Assembly (NCBI GenBank): GCA_000708835.1
Contig: DF236962.1
Span: forward strand, 310,001 to 374,000
DNA: 64,000 nt
DNA from: Klebsormidium nitens
Taxonomy: Eukaryota > Plantae > Klebsormidiophyceae
Direction: 5' to 3'
Below, piece after piece: positions 34,469-47,438 of this stretch. The stretch's first letter is position 1; every line of letters begins with the position of its first letter. A program made the translations under genes and the position numbers. The notes below the pieces were generated by a model. That model worked only from the letters and a program-made list of their open reading frames with translations, made no database searches and had not been told where the DNA came from.

Positions 34469-37400
34469 TTAGCTCACCCACAAAGCGCGGCAGAATGGGC
34501 TATCTGCTGGTAGCCGATGCTCCCGCCAATCAGAAGCGGCCACGTGTCCAGGCAAGGGTCGGCTTTCCGCTGGTCGCCAGCCTTGGCGCCATCGTACGCT
34601 CACGACTGGTTGGACGATTCGTACGCTGCCTGAAAGGAACATATGCACAACGACGGATTGCGTTTGCAGCGCATCCTTTCGCTGCCTGCCGGATTCCAGA
34701 CTCTTGAGAAACGCAAATACGTTGAAAGCTTCAAGAATCCTTGGACGTAACCTTATTGAAGCAATGCACCCCGGCTCCCGCGTTTGGGGAATCGCTGTAG
34801 ATGAAGCAGCTAAGTCCGGATAAGTCGCTCTGCGAGCTTTGTTTATCCGATTGAAGATTTTGATACTTGATGGAGAAGATGCACAGTCGGGCAATATCGA
34901 ACGGGACACATCTAAGTGACATTATATATGGTAACTCCAATCATTCGCCTCTGTTTGAATCTGCATCGTGCTGAAAGCGCCGCATGGCAGCAGTGAGTGC
35001 GGCAAGTCCTGATGTGCTTACTCGTGACGAAAGCCTCTAGCCACGTGCTCCGGTCGGATAGCCTTGGCGCCTCGAGGCTGATCTCGACACCCCATGCCTC
35101 GCATAAACTGTGAGATGAGGAGGAGAGACCCTCGGTTAGGAGTGACGGAAGCTGTGTTCACTAATCCAAGCTTCACAGAATGAAGCTGAACGTCCTCGCC
35201 GCTCTGTTCCAGCCCGTCCATTTGCAGAGAACTATGTATCCACTAAGATCTGTAGCTGATAGGATGAAAAGCCATTCCAAAGAGCCGGAGCTGAAGTGCC
35301 TGAGATCGCGTTGGGAGAATCAGATTTAGATTGCGGGATTGTATTCGTCAGTGTGAAAGGATCAGGGAACATCACAGGCAAACATGAGAATCCTTAATGA
35401 ACCCCTGATACGCACGGCAATTCACTCGCACCATTGCCGCCGACTCGCGAAAGATTCCCGATGTCACAGACAGGAGCTCTCTGCTTGAAAGAAAGATCAA
35501 AGAGGGCAAGCAGGAACGGGTTTTGGAGCGAGGCAAACGCCGTCGCCGACAGCCTACCTCAGCACGGCTCGGCGAATCACGCCTGGCAACACGCCTTCTT
35601 CCAACGCCGCCGTCTGCACTACCAAACCATTCCAGCGATTCTTCTTGGCGTAGCCCTCCCCATCCTTCCCACTTTCAACCGGTCCAGCACCTTCCGTCTC
35701 TTTGGCATCATCCGCCTTTTTAGCACCCTCCGTGTCTCTCCTAGGCGTGTCTCCGCTCAGCATGTGTTGCTCTAAAGGCGACGTTTCTGCGTCTAAAAGG
35801 ACCGTTTCTGCGTCTGTCTTCGAAGAGGCCCTGTTGGCACCCCCTGTCCTCCTCCGCACCACGAAGAAGTTGGTCAACAGGCCCTCGAGCAGGGCCTCGC
35901 CGTCGTTGGACAGCAAAACCTCGCCAACGTCAGGGGGTTTGGGGGCTTCGAGCGGCCGCCGGTCGATCGCCCATGACGAATCCTAGCAGGGGGACGTACA
36001 AAATAGGGTGAAGTCATTGCCACAATCGTTTTCTTGGTCTGAAAGAAGGTTAAGGGGTCACTTAAGGAACACAGAGGGTCCGAAAGGGGTCTGTAGAAGG
36101 CCATACGCGGATGGAAGGGTTTTGACGTCACTCTCTCCGTTTTCCAATTGATTCAATGGCGCCTTGAAAGCTGACTCGTTTGCTGGCTTTGTAGAAGACT
36201 CCCGGCAAGAGTCCCACCGACCGTCAGCATTCTGTTCTTTCATTCAAAAACTCATAAGAAGATGCATAGAGGACTTCAAATGAGAGTTCCAGGATTTGCG
36301 AAACTGCTCCCCAATCTTTCAGTGTCTTGAACGGCCCTTCGAAAGCTGACTCGTTTCGTGAGCGTCTGGGTAATTGACCTCTCAGCTTTGGACCATCTGC
36401 CACAATCATGTCAGACTTTGCGGGCTTGTACGGAGTCGATAGCCCAGGCATTCTTTGCAACTCGTCCTCAGACACACACTGTTTTCTTTTTCTTCATTTG
36501 CACCAATGGCGCTTCCATTTCGCTTCTAGACCTTCGCAGGGAAGGGCACAAGTGAGCGACGCAGTTATAATTCCAAAGATGTTTCTTCGCAGAAGATCCG
36601 CGTTCCAGCAACTGAGCTTCTTAAAGGAACCTTGCAGTTGACAGAAGGTGAAGTGTGGATTCGTTACACCTACCTTTGCAGCGGGCATCTGTCTACCGGG
36701 ACCCATCACTGCAACCGTCGTCCCTTGAGGCATGCTTCCTCCCGTCGGGGCTTCGTATTTCGAAACGTAAACGCAGGCCTTGACCTCTCCCTCAATCTTA
36801 GCGCCCCTTCCTTTCCTCATCTCCCTTTTCGCTAGGTCATTCTCCGACAGAGCATCTGGTGTCAAGCTGGCTGCTTGCTGATCTGGACGAACAATCCTAA
36901 CACTGTCCAAATCATAACTAGCACTCTCATTTCTCTTGCTGTCCCGCTTTTGACTAGCCAGCTTCGAATTTTCGATCCGTTGGGCAGCTATTGAGAGTTG
37001 CTCTTTGTGTGGAGATGCATCTGCCGGTCGCTTGCTGGTGCTAGGACCTGGTAGAAGGATGGTGACAGACAGCTCATGGGTGGTCGCCGAATCTAAGTGA
37101 AAAGTAGCCTGTCGAAGGGCGACCTCCAGAGACGGCTGGATCAAACGGTGCAACTGCATGGGTTGACGAGAGGAGTTCAGCAAAACTTCCCAAGTGCGAC
37201 CTTGACTGTTGGTCTCTTCCCTTCCATCTGGCAACTCTATAACCGCCCAATGAATCCAAGTAACGTACGCGATATGAATGTGGCCTTGAACGTGTCATAA
37301 CCACCTTATCAACGATCTAGACAGGGAGCAATCACGTACAATCTAAAGAGCATCTCTCATCGAACTCTTGAAAGCATTGGCTCAAACATTCAAATGAGAC

Positions 37401-39058
37401 TTGCAGAATGTGAGTCAGATTGGTCAAACGTACAATGAACAAGACAGAGCCTCAACCTGCCTACTCAGACCTTTGGCCAAGATGGAACAGTCTTCACAGT
37501 CCAGTTCGATCCTTCCCCCTTGTCTCAGCCTCGTTTACTTCCAAGGCCTTGATTCCTCACCTCAATGACTGCTCTGGCATACAATGCACTGCAACCCCAT
37601 AACTATACATTCCACAGACAAGCTAGATGGTGCTCAACCAACTTGGTTGACTTTCCAATCTGATCTGTGGTCCATTTTTTGAGGCCTTGACCCTTAACAG
37701 ACTCCCACTGAGAATGCCCCTACCTGCTCAGGGGCCAAGTTATCTTCAGCCCCTTCCCATTTACCAGCGGCCTGCATTACACGCGCTGATTGCGCAAGTC
37801 GCTCAACATGCGCCCCCCAGAAGAGGAGGTGACAACGGCCCCCATAAGTCCTGGTTGTTGTGTAAGGACCTGTGAAGGAGGAGGGCACAGAAATCTATAC
37901 GGGAAATCAAGTGGCTCTAGCCAACTGTGGATTTGCCTGATAGACAGCTTCAGAGCAAGTTTTCTGGTGTGGTGTCAAGAGTGAACCTTTGGCTGTGAAT
38001 GATGAATGGCAGTTCCAATCATCGACAGGGAAGATTGCAGAGTCCCATTCACGAGTCACATTCTTAAAGCGCCAAGGCTCAAAGGATTTGATTCAGGCGA
38101 GGCGTGAGGAAAACGAATCTCACAATCTTGGCGCCCGAGCTGCTGCAGCACCTCATCTTTGACAAGATGGTGCCGAGGGTGATAGCATGCTCCCAGATTT
38201 ACGTTCATCCACAAACTTCTCTCTTCTTTCGCGGCAGCCCCCCTTGAATTGCCACACTTCTAGTCGCACCATACCGCAGTAAGGCAAGCAATGAACCTAG
38301 AACAGGCCGCCAAGCAGCCAGAAGATGTTGCTGTCTTTTGTTTGGGGTGGTACTTAGTGGATGCTATTTTCGGTGAATGCCGCTTTGGGGTAATCAGGCA
38401 GCACAGGATACTTTTGGCTGGGCCTTGTCAACGGCAAGAATGCGATCAGCTGGGACTTGTCAAGAGAAGAATGCGATCACAGAATTATCTATACGCAATT
38501 CACTGAACAAGCTTGAGGGGATTGCAACTTAACCCCTTGTCACTCGATGTAAGGCAGCAAAGATCATATCGAACATGGCAATGAGTGAGAGGGGGATGTA
38601 AGTCGAACAACTCACGCACATGAAGGGAACAAACGCAGAAAATCTGAGGCAGATGGAGGAACGTCCACAGTGACCACCTCCCCATCAGTAACTAGAGTAG
38701 GTAGTTTTGCAGATTGCAGCGTCTCGTTGCGTGCACTCAGAGACTGCATTGTTCCCTCTGCAGTGGCCTGACAGATGCTCGTTTTTCTCATGCTCCCCCT
38801 TTCATCTGTAGGCAGGACAATGTGCAATCGCATCACTTTCACAATGCCGCATGGAAGGAAAGCCCCAGAGTATCTATGCTGAAAGCTGGTACGTCTACTT
38901 GATTTTTGCAAAAGTTGCTGCCTGAAATGAGGTGGAGATTCCCAACAAGCACATCCAGCCGTCGTTGTTGATGACGCCAGATGTGAAGGGCTTTGAATGG
39001 AGCACGGGAGTATTTTGCCAGCCGTTTTGTCTACTGAAGGAGCTGTGGCCACAGACAT
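34469..39058 (-). CDS. Class-IV PLP-dependent aminotransferase-like protein (D-amino acid aminotransferase/ADC-lyase superfamily), multi-exon; both ends approximate
   Basis: Exon peptides LVTDGEVV...ASDFLRLFP (about 38700), PYTTTRTYGGRCHLLFWGAHVERLAQS (about 37870), VMGPGRQMPAAK (about 36700), DSSWAIDRRPLE...VLLSNDGEALLEGLLTNFFVV...VLPGVIRRAVL (35982-35559), WLEAFVT (35107-35022), SVRIVQPV (about 34620). Confidence 0.82.
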
Positions 39059-40854
39059 TGTTCACTGGAGTGCGCACGTCCGCCAGGTGCTGCTCACGAT
39101 CACTGCAGTAGGGCTCCTAGCGCTGTATGGGTTCTGAAAACCTACCGTGGTAATACGCCAATAATGCAAGCGCCCAGCAGCAAAGACATTCTCCCAGCGT
39201 CTGCAAAGTCTGAAGTTTTCAATGTCGAGAATGCTGCATAATTACAGCATAATTACGTGGGCTGGCACTACTGCTGGCACCAGTGGAGCTTCCGTGTACG
39301 CTGAGGGGGATCCCTTCCGTCTTTGCTCGCTGTGAATCAGCAGACTTGCTTCCATTAAGTTGGACTACATGTTTTGAGATTCTGGCGAGCTTCGAGTACT
39401 CTGAGACAGGATTCACTTGTAAGGAGAACCGCTGCAGCTCGCGAGGCTCATGAGACCGTCTGGCCTGACATGAACTTCAGCTAGAGCTCTCATGCATGAC
39501 GCGGCACGCCGCTATCACGGTTGCAAGCAAGTCCTGGACCGATTAACGAGCAATTGTATCCTATCATCCTAGTGGATCTTGATTCTCACAAATAACTCAA
39601 TGCTTTTGCATGTAACGTCGTCCCTTTGCCATGAGGACCCAGCAACACTATTGGGTGCACACATGCCATGATCGACCGTTCAGTATTACATCGATTGACA
39701 TATGCTAGGCGTGTCATGGGCGGTGTAAGCAAGCAGACTCAGTGACACTCGATGGTGCAGCGTGAGCCTTGGAAATAGCTTGATGGCATGCATGCTAATG
39801 CTATATTGGCGCTGCTAGCTTTGCATGCACGTTGCGGCGGCTGTTGAAGAGTCTCATGCACATGCCATGGGTGCAACCCATCGTAAACGTAACAGTTCAG
39901 TTATTGGTCCATGCTAAATTTATACAAGAAAATGAACGGAAGTTGATTTGAATCGAAGAAGAAGTCGTTGCCCTTGAAGGGACTCAACATTGGCTACCAT
40001 CTGATGTTGCCAAAACTCCCAGACAGGAACGCATCACCTGGCTTGCTTTTGTTGAGGTTCCATAAAGGCTTCAAAAAGTACTTTTGAGATGCTAAAGTAA
40101 ATGTCAGGATTACCCTCCGACACGACTGATTTGTGCCAGGTCCTTAAGGGACGGAACAAATATAATACTTTGCCAAATGCTTCTATGGCAAAACAGAATA
40201 GGTTCTGCTGCTACCTTGTGGCCGCTCGTCTTTGTGGCTTGTGCCAAATCTTCTCTCCAAAAACGGCTAGGACCGAAATGCAAGCACACCGCTGCTTCAG
40301 ACCATCCCAAGTTGTACACATCTCGTAAGTTTGCCGCTGCTAGCACCTCTTATTAGGCGAGGCGCATCTCAACGAAGACATAGTACACAACCTTCGCAAA
40401 TCTTGCACCCACACTGGAATATCTACACAGACCTGCACGGAGAAGCGAGCGTGATTTAGGTCTCAACCAACAAACATATTACAAGCGGAATCGACTTCAG
40501 AAACGGCAGACACGTAAACGTACATCACAAAAGGGCACCGACTAATCAATCGTGCCCAGTAGGAATGAGCAATGCTCACTTTCGAGTCAGCAATTCAGCC
40601 GCTGCAAGTACTTCATCGATCCTACCACGGATTGCCCGAAACATGCAAATTAAGCTAAAAACTCAACGCTTGATAGGCGGACGTACTGGTCCAGAAGGCT
40701 TCCTTTCTCGCTCTTTCTCGTACTGACATGCTGTTACATACATTCATAACATACTACAGCACTTCCCTCCTGTCTTCTCGTTCAAACCAATTCGTTGCAA
40801 GTGGGCTGATGCCGCTGAACGACCGCTCACCTTGACACGCCAGTGACGCTCCGC

Positions 40855-43800
40855 CTATGCTGCCACCTCGATTGGCCGGGGTATCTCCATGGACGACCGG
40901 GGGATTACACTGGGACTTAGCCCCAGAAGCGACCGAATAGGGGCCACCGCCTCCTTATCTGAGAAGGTCAGAATCTCGTCCACGCCGTTGCCTTGCTTCA
41001 TCATGTCCACAAACTCCTCGTAATCAATGTTTCCATCCTGGAAGCGAAGATGGATTTGTGTGAGACTCGGAACCTAGCAATGCAGAGTAAAGCGTTCTAA
41101 ACGTCCTTCAAGAAACTCCCAACTCTGGCAATGCAATGTAGACGCGTTCTTCAAGCCGTCCTCCAGAGGAGCAGAGACGAGACTAAAGAGTTGGAACTTG
41201 CCCTCACACCATACCGCCGAGCTCCTTGTTTGGGGCTCGATTGACACCCTTAAGCTCTGCTGATCCATAGCAGCGGAACTTGCGAAAGAACACAACCGCC
41301 TGCTACATAAATTCAGTTCAGACGGCGCTTCATTGACCGCTGCCAATCCTGAAAGGTCAGCTGTCACGAAACTGCACAAACTCCTTAAGGATTCACTGGT
41401 GAGGGCACCAAATATTAATTGCAGGTCTCACCTGATTTTGGTCCACCTCCTCAAAGATCTCCGCCACCTGCTCGTCCGACAGTCGACAGTGCAACTTGAC
41501 GTCATCCTTCGTCAGGTAGCCCTTGTGCTCCTTGTCAAAGCGTGCGAACGCGCCCCGGAGCCACTCCTCCTTCTCGGTCTTGTCGTTCTTGTGCATCGTA
41601 ACCGCAAGGAACTCGAGGTAGTCCATGCGCCCATCGCCATCCATGTCAGCCTAGAGAATATGAAGAAGATAATTCAATCACACTTGAAACTTTCTACCAA
41701 CGATTATTGTTTGAGTGATAGCCAACCAGATGCACTCGCCTTGCAATTTGTACTTTTACGCACGGTGAACATGCGATGCCAATGTATATTTAAGAACCAT
41801 TGCGGCCCGGCAAAAGGCATTCACGCCCAACTTTCATGGAGCTCAAACACGAGAAACAGAATCAAGTCTCTCGGAATAATGGGCGACTACGACACAGATA
41901 TATCGTAAACGAGGATGCACTTGAATGAGGGCAAACCCTCACCGCAGCCAGCGTGGCGCGAACTTCCTCCTCGGTTGGCTCTGGGAAACCCTTCCCGGCG
42001 CGGGCCTTCCGCAGCCCCTCGAAGAAGCGCTCATAGTCTATGCAGTCGTCCTGGTCGGTCTCAAACTTGGCAAAGCATTCCTGCAAAGGATGACAAGAGA
42101 CTTAAGTTGGTCTTCTCTAGAGCTGTGGCTAAATTCTTGACACTTGCGGCGACCGTGAGCTGCTTGTCAGGTGTTGATGGTAGGCAGGGGGACAAGAAGA
42201 AGGACATTCGTCGGAGTTGTGCATCAAGAAGGCCCATGTACTTGGAACCGATTGTGCTCCCTACATCAAGATGACCTGATGATCAGACACGAAACACCAA
42301 TCAGGCCGTCACAAGATAGTAGATTAGCACTGCAGACCTTTTGTGGGTACATCGCAACGATGAATCCAACTCTCATAATATGAAGTTGTCCAGCTTACCA
42401 TCTTACCATCGGTTTCCGCCTAAAACCTGCATCTATTGGTATCCTCTGCGGCTTTTGCATCCTCGTCAAGAATCAACCAAATTCAAGTTATCAACTGATT
42501 GACAGAGGGCTTACCTTTGACGCCTCCTGCATTTCCTTGGGCAGCTGGATTGCAATCTGGTGCATGGCCATCTGCTTGAGCCGGTGCATCTTCAAGAAGT
42601 TCTTCACCCGGACCTGGATCGAACAGCACGTCAGCCGGTGGGAGGCGGACCCGTCCACCTTGATCCATTCGTGCTCTGCAAGACCAAGGAAAGGTTGCAG
42701 ATATTTAGCTGTGGACTCTTGACTAAGAAGAATGGTGACAAAACAGAGCCATTGCCTGAAGCTTTTAGATTGCTCAAACTATTGTACCCTCGCACGAGCT
42801 GGAAGACAAAAGTTCTTAGTCAACATACTGACTCAGTTAAGGTATTGCTCAGATGTGTAGCTCGTATCAAGTTGATGCGGTGCTGGAATGCGCCCTAGGT
42901 TGCAAGATGGTTAAACCTGCTTGCCAAAGAAGAAACAGCAGACATCAAGAGTATTGATGCTGGACAATTAATCAGTGCAGGAAGTAATGAAACGAAACCA
43001 ACCAACAAACAACTCTGCCTGGCCTTGCTGACGCACTGGCGGGTTGATGTGCGGATGGACAAAGGAAAATTGGGAGAATGATAAAGACTTCGCCACTCCG
43101 CGGTTCTTTGCTCGCACCTTTTGTGATAGCCGTAAGCTCTTCCCAGTTTTGTGTGCGCAGGATGATGGTGAAAAGTCCTCGTGAATCTCTGAATGTGCTG
43201 GGGGACGGTGCCCCTATACTGCCGACTGATTTCTAGCTGATAAATGGACCTCCTTCTTCTATAGGTAAAACCCAAAGCGTCAAAGCCCCTCCCCCAGTAA
43301 TCCCACTGACCTTGCAGCACCACGATATATTCTGCCCCCAACCCCAAACCAATCCAATGCCCCTTTCCCCTCAGACCATGACCGAGTTTCAGGTCTCCAT
43401 TGACTCAGTTTTGTTGGGCTCAGGAGAGCAATTGATCCAATCGTGCGCTGCAGAAAAACAGGGTGGGGGCGGGGGTTCAGACTGGGAAAGATCTTGACAG
43501 GAACAAGTTTGACAATTTTGTAGAAAGCCGCCGTACCTGGCCCACTGCGTTCAAAGAGCTCCCACTCCAATAACGAGATAGTCAATGCGGGAGTTCTCAA
43601 TGCCAGACGGAAGTCAGAAAGTATGTAACAGCAAAAAGTGGGTGGTACCTGCATTTGCAGAGACAAGGCCTCCAAATGACCTGCCAAAAACAACTGAAAT
43701 CAATGAAAAAAGGAGGCTCAAATCAACTCCTTACCTAGAATCTCCTTGGCCGTTATCCGCCGCTTGGGGTCCATCGTCAGCATCTTCTTCACGAGGTCTT

Positions 43801-45472
43801 TCGCGGGTTCCGAAATCTGGGGCCAGGGATCCGACATCAAATCGACCTCGCCTTTGAGGACAGCCTCCATGATGCCCTTTTCAGAGTAGTGCCAGAAGGG
43901 GGGCATGCCACAGAGCAAGATGTAGAGGATCACGCCCGCGCTCCAGATGTCGCACTCGGGGCCGTATCGGTGCTTAAGCACTTCGGGCGCGACGTAATAT
44001 GCGCTGCCGACGAGCTCATTGAAAACTTGACCTGCAGGGAAAGACAATGTGACAAAAGTGTGAGGACAACTCACCGGAGAAAAGAGGTGTGAGAAGTAGA
44101 CTGTGAGGTCAACTAGGGGTGGCAGGGTTGCACGCGCTCCTTGATCGGCCAAAGGGAGAACGAGGGAGGAGTATGTGTAACAATGGGTGCAGTGAGCACA
44201 GCAAAGTTTAAACCAAGACACAATATGGTGGAGTGAGCAGCAGATGCTTTATTGCACATGAAGGGCGAGAGTAGAGTGCGGAATGCGAGGGCAAAAAGCT
44301 TGGGGAATCAAAGTTGCTAGCATGGGATTGAACCAAAATGCCCTGCCAGCTCAAACATCACAGATATCTCTGTAGTCTAATCAGTAACTTTTGCTACTAT
44401 TGCTTCTCAATAAGCAGCTCGTTACATTGAACACTGTCATACACATTGTAACTCAACTTGAGCTCAACATATGACTGCGGGTACCAGAACTGCTTTTCTC
44501 AACCGACCAGCACTGACTTGCAAGAACAGGCAATACTTTGCGTCACCCCTGTTCATAAAAGATACAAAAACGAAGCACAAACTCTCATGTTATTAAGCAA
44601 CAGTTAATCTCACGAAACCCGAAAGACATTTTGGATTAAGCATGCGGCCCTGCTCTATCCACACCTCCCCTGCGGTTGAAGGAGAAAAACTCTGAAGGGC
44701 AGTGCGTACGACACCCCTGCATGCAAATGCATCCTTATGACCCTTCACAAAGCACAGCTGAAGCAGCTTCTCCAGCTTGAGAATCCTCACCAGGCTTGAA
44801 GAAGATGGAGAGACCAAAGTCAATGGTTTTCAGCTCCGCATTGTCGCTGTCGTCAGAGAGGAGGAAGTTCTCGGGCTTGAGGTCTCGGTGGATCACGCCC
44901 CGCTCATGCATATACTGCACAATCTCAACCATCGTCCGCATGATCCCCGCCGCCTCATACTCGCTGTAGTACCCCCGCTTTGTGATGCGGTCGAACAGCA
45001 TGCCGCCTGCACACAGCTCCATCACAAGATGCACATTCTCCTTGTCCTCAAATGCCTCAATGTACCGCACGATGTTCTTGTGCCCCGTCAGGTGCCGCAG
45101 GATCTCGATCTCGCGGTTCACGCTGTCAATATCGTTCTGCTTTGTCATGTACTTCTTGGGCAAGCACTTGACCGCGTACTCCAGCCCATCAACCTTGCTC
45201 TTTGCCACCCGGGTAATCCCAAACTGCCCCCGCCCAAGCTCCCTTCCCAGCTCATACTTGCTTTCTACGGGAACGGTCTGGTAACCAAGGATGTTCTCTT
45301 TACTACTGCTCTTCTTCATCATGACGGGCGCGGCCACCGGCTTCTTGATCGGCGATGGCCGCTTGCCCAGCGACGATCCAAACACATCGATGTCATCAGA
45401 GTCAACTGATGCCGTTTTCTTGAGGCCTCGATTGCGGGCCCCAGTGTGCCCGGGGGACAAACAGTTCCCCAT
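40855..45472 (-). CDS. CPK: Calcium-dependent protein kinase, 6 exons, N-terminal MGNC myristoylation/palmitoylation signal
   Basis: Exons 45472-44791, 44031-43735, 42675-42515, 42080-41943, 41650-41432, 41037-40855. Motifs [33 protein letters not shown], junction segment and four EF-hand-like loops. Confidence 0.96.
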
Positions 45473-46240
45473 GTTGGCTCGTCAGTCGAGATCAGTTGAT
45501 TGCAGAGCCAGAACAAGCAAAAGGAGGACGCCTGCGAATGTAGATCAGACGCAGGGGCAAAGAAGAGGGCGGATGAATGCGAGATCTAGGGCGGCTGCAA
45601 GCAAAACGTCGCCTCTCCTGCGCCTCTGAATATCTCTTCCTTCAAATAACGCCCGACGAACTTGAAGTTGGAGGTTGGCAATGGAAGCACATGTGGAAAC
45701 CCTGGAATGTATGCGTGTCTTCCTGCCTGGAGATCCTCTCTTCCTGTCCTGGTTCTGGCGCAACCACGTTTCCCGTTCGGCAATTTCTAATTTATTCCTT
45801 TGACTTTTGCCCGGGAAATTTGTTGACCCGGTCAATGGACGTATCGTTACCGTCCCGTTCTTTGCTCGCCCGGGGAGTCAACACAGCACTTTGACGACTG
45901 AACTTTTCGGCGTCCCGATTGCTGCTGCTGAGAATCTGCGGCTGCCCGGGTACCGTTGACCCGGGCTCGCATTGGTTTCAAAATAACAGCTGTCAAACGC
46001 CAGGGGGTTGGAGGTTGCGATCCAAGTGGATTCGCGGCATGTGGCGGACCATGACCGCCGCGGTTAATTTCGACGAAAGTCGGTCTTCGAAACCGAGCGC
46101 TTCTGACCTTTATTGTCGAGCTGTTAGAAGTCACGAAGCCGTATGTGGTATTCGACGTTTGGATATGTAAGATGCACGGGGACCTGATGATGTCAGTGAA
46201 AGGTGCATACCCAAAGACGGGACCGATCACGTAATGGGAC

Positions 46241-46322
46241 CGCTTACGTCAGCGTGGCTTCATGTGTTTTCTAGAGAAGGGTGCGATACCGTGCGGAACC
46301 AGGTGAATGATAGCTGACGTAT
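46241..46322. promoter_or_regulatory. Possible bZIP (TGACG/ocs-like) sites upstream of the CDPK
   Basis: CGCTTACGTCA (half of the ocs palindrome) at 46241-46251 and CTGACGTA near 46314, about 0.8 kb 5' of the CDPK ATG. Such short motifs also arise by chance. Confidence 0.2.
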
Positions 46323-47438
46323 TTCTGACAGCCGTCAGATCAATGCCGTTCGTACGGTTATAAGCCGTCGACATAGGTCAGAGAGCTCACAATAATATTT
46401 GCGTTTTTGCAACTGTGCAAAAAGTCAAAAATTGGTCAACGTTAACCAGGCGTAGGCGGTAGGCAAGGAATAATAGGTATTCATGGAGCAACTGGCTGTA
46501 CTAACCCGTTGATGTCAACCCCCTAGGGCCTGGAGTCTACGGGTACCTAGTCAAATGTCCACATCGGTGGCACCTGAGAATTTGTCGAAGAAGTCAGCCG
46601 CTGCCGGGAGCAGCCGGGCGCTGCCGGAGTGGTCTTGCTGACGGCATGGTGGGTACGTTACCACCCTATCTGCCAGTTTCATGTTCCGCCGGGAACTTCG
46701 GTTGGTCGATCCTTTGGACCGTCCGGCGACCGGAACGCCCAATTTTTGAACGGCATGCACATTGCATATACTACCTAAAAGCACCCATGAGTGGACTCCT
46801 CGCGGCCAACAATGCACACTGCATGCTTGCAGACTTTCCGTATGATTTTGCGGCTGAATTTGGGAATCATGAGCTGAAGTTTCTGAGTGCTGTGCCATGT
46901 GCAATACATAAATGACTGTGAAGTGCAGCCTGCCTTGATGGAAAAGACTAATGAAGTTTTGCTTCAAAAAGGCTGCATGATGATGGCCGTAGTGGCCGCC
47001 ACTGTTGACATTCATTTTCAACTTGAGATTGCTGGCATGTGCTTGACTTACGTGACCCACGCCGGCTAGCCTAGCGGCTTGAGTGAACCAAAATCAGCAT
47101 GTTTGCAATTTGTAACATCGTCCACACATTCACTTTTACGGTCGAAGCATTTAGGAGATGAATCCCGCCAAAACACTTGCGCAAAATCATGCCAAGGTGA
47201 CGTCCAGTGGGGCCGTTCGCTTGATGGGATCGTCCGATCGAGCAAGGCATTGTCATTGTCACCATGCTCAATCCCAAGAAAGGCAACGATGAATAAACCT
47301 CCATCAACGAATTGCACAGCTCTTTGCTTCACTAGCTCGCAACGTGCAAAAACGGCCACGCTAGGGTGCGGTCAGCTTGTATTTGCCAGATATCAGCAAA
47401 CCATTCGCTTCATTTGCACCCCCGTCCGAGCAAGACCC

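Noticed and set aside
36160-36360. Repeat GAAAGCTGACTCGTTT twice in an aminotransferase intron
   Set aside because: A 16-bp intronic duplication that matches no adjacent exon end, so it was not counted with the junction arrays.
44777-45409. 210-aa + strand ORF
   Set aside because: Antisense to CDPK exon 1; typical shadow frame.
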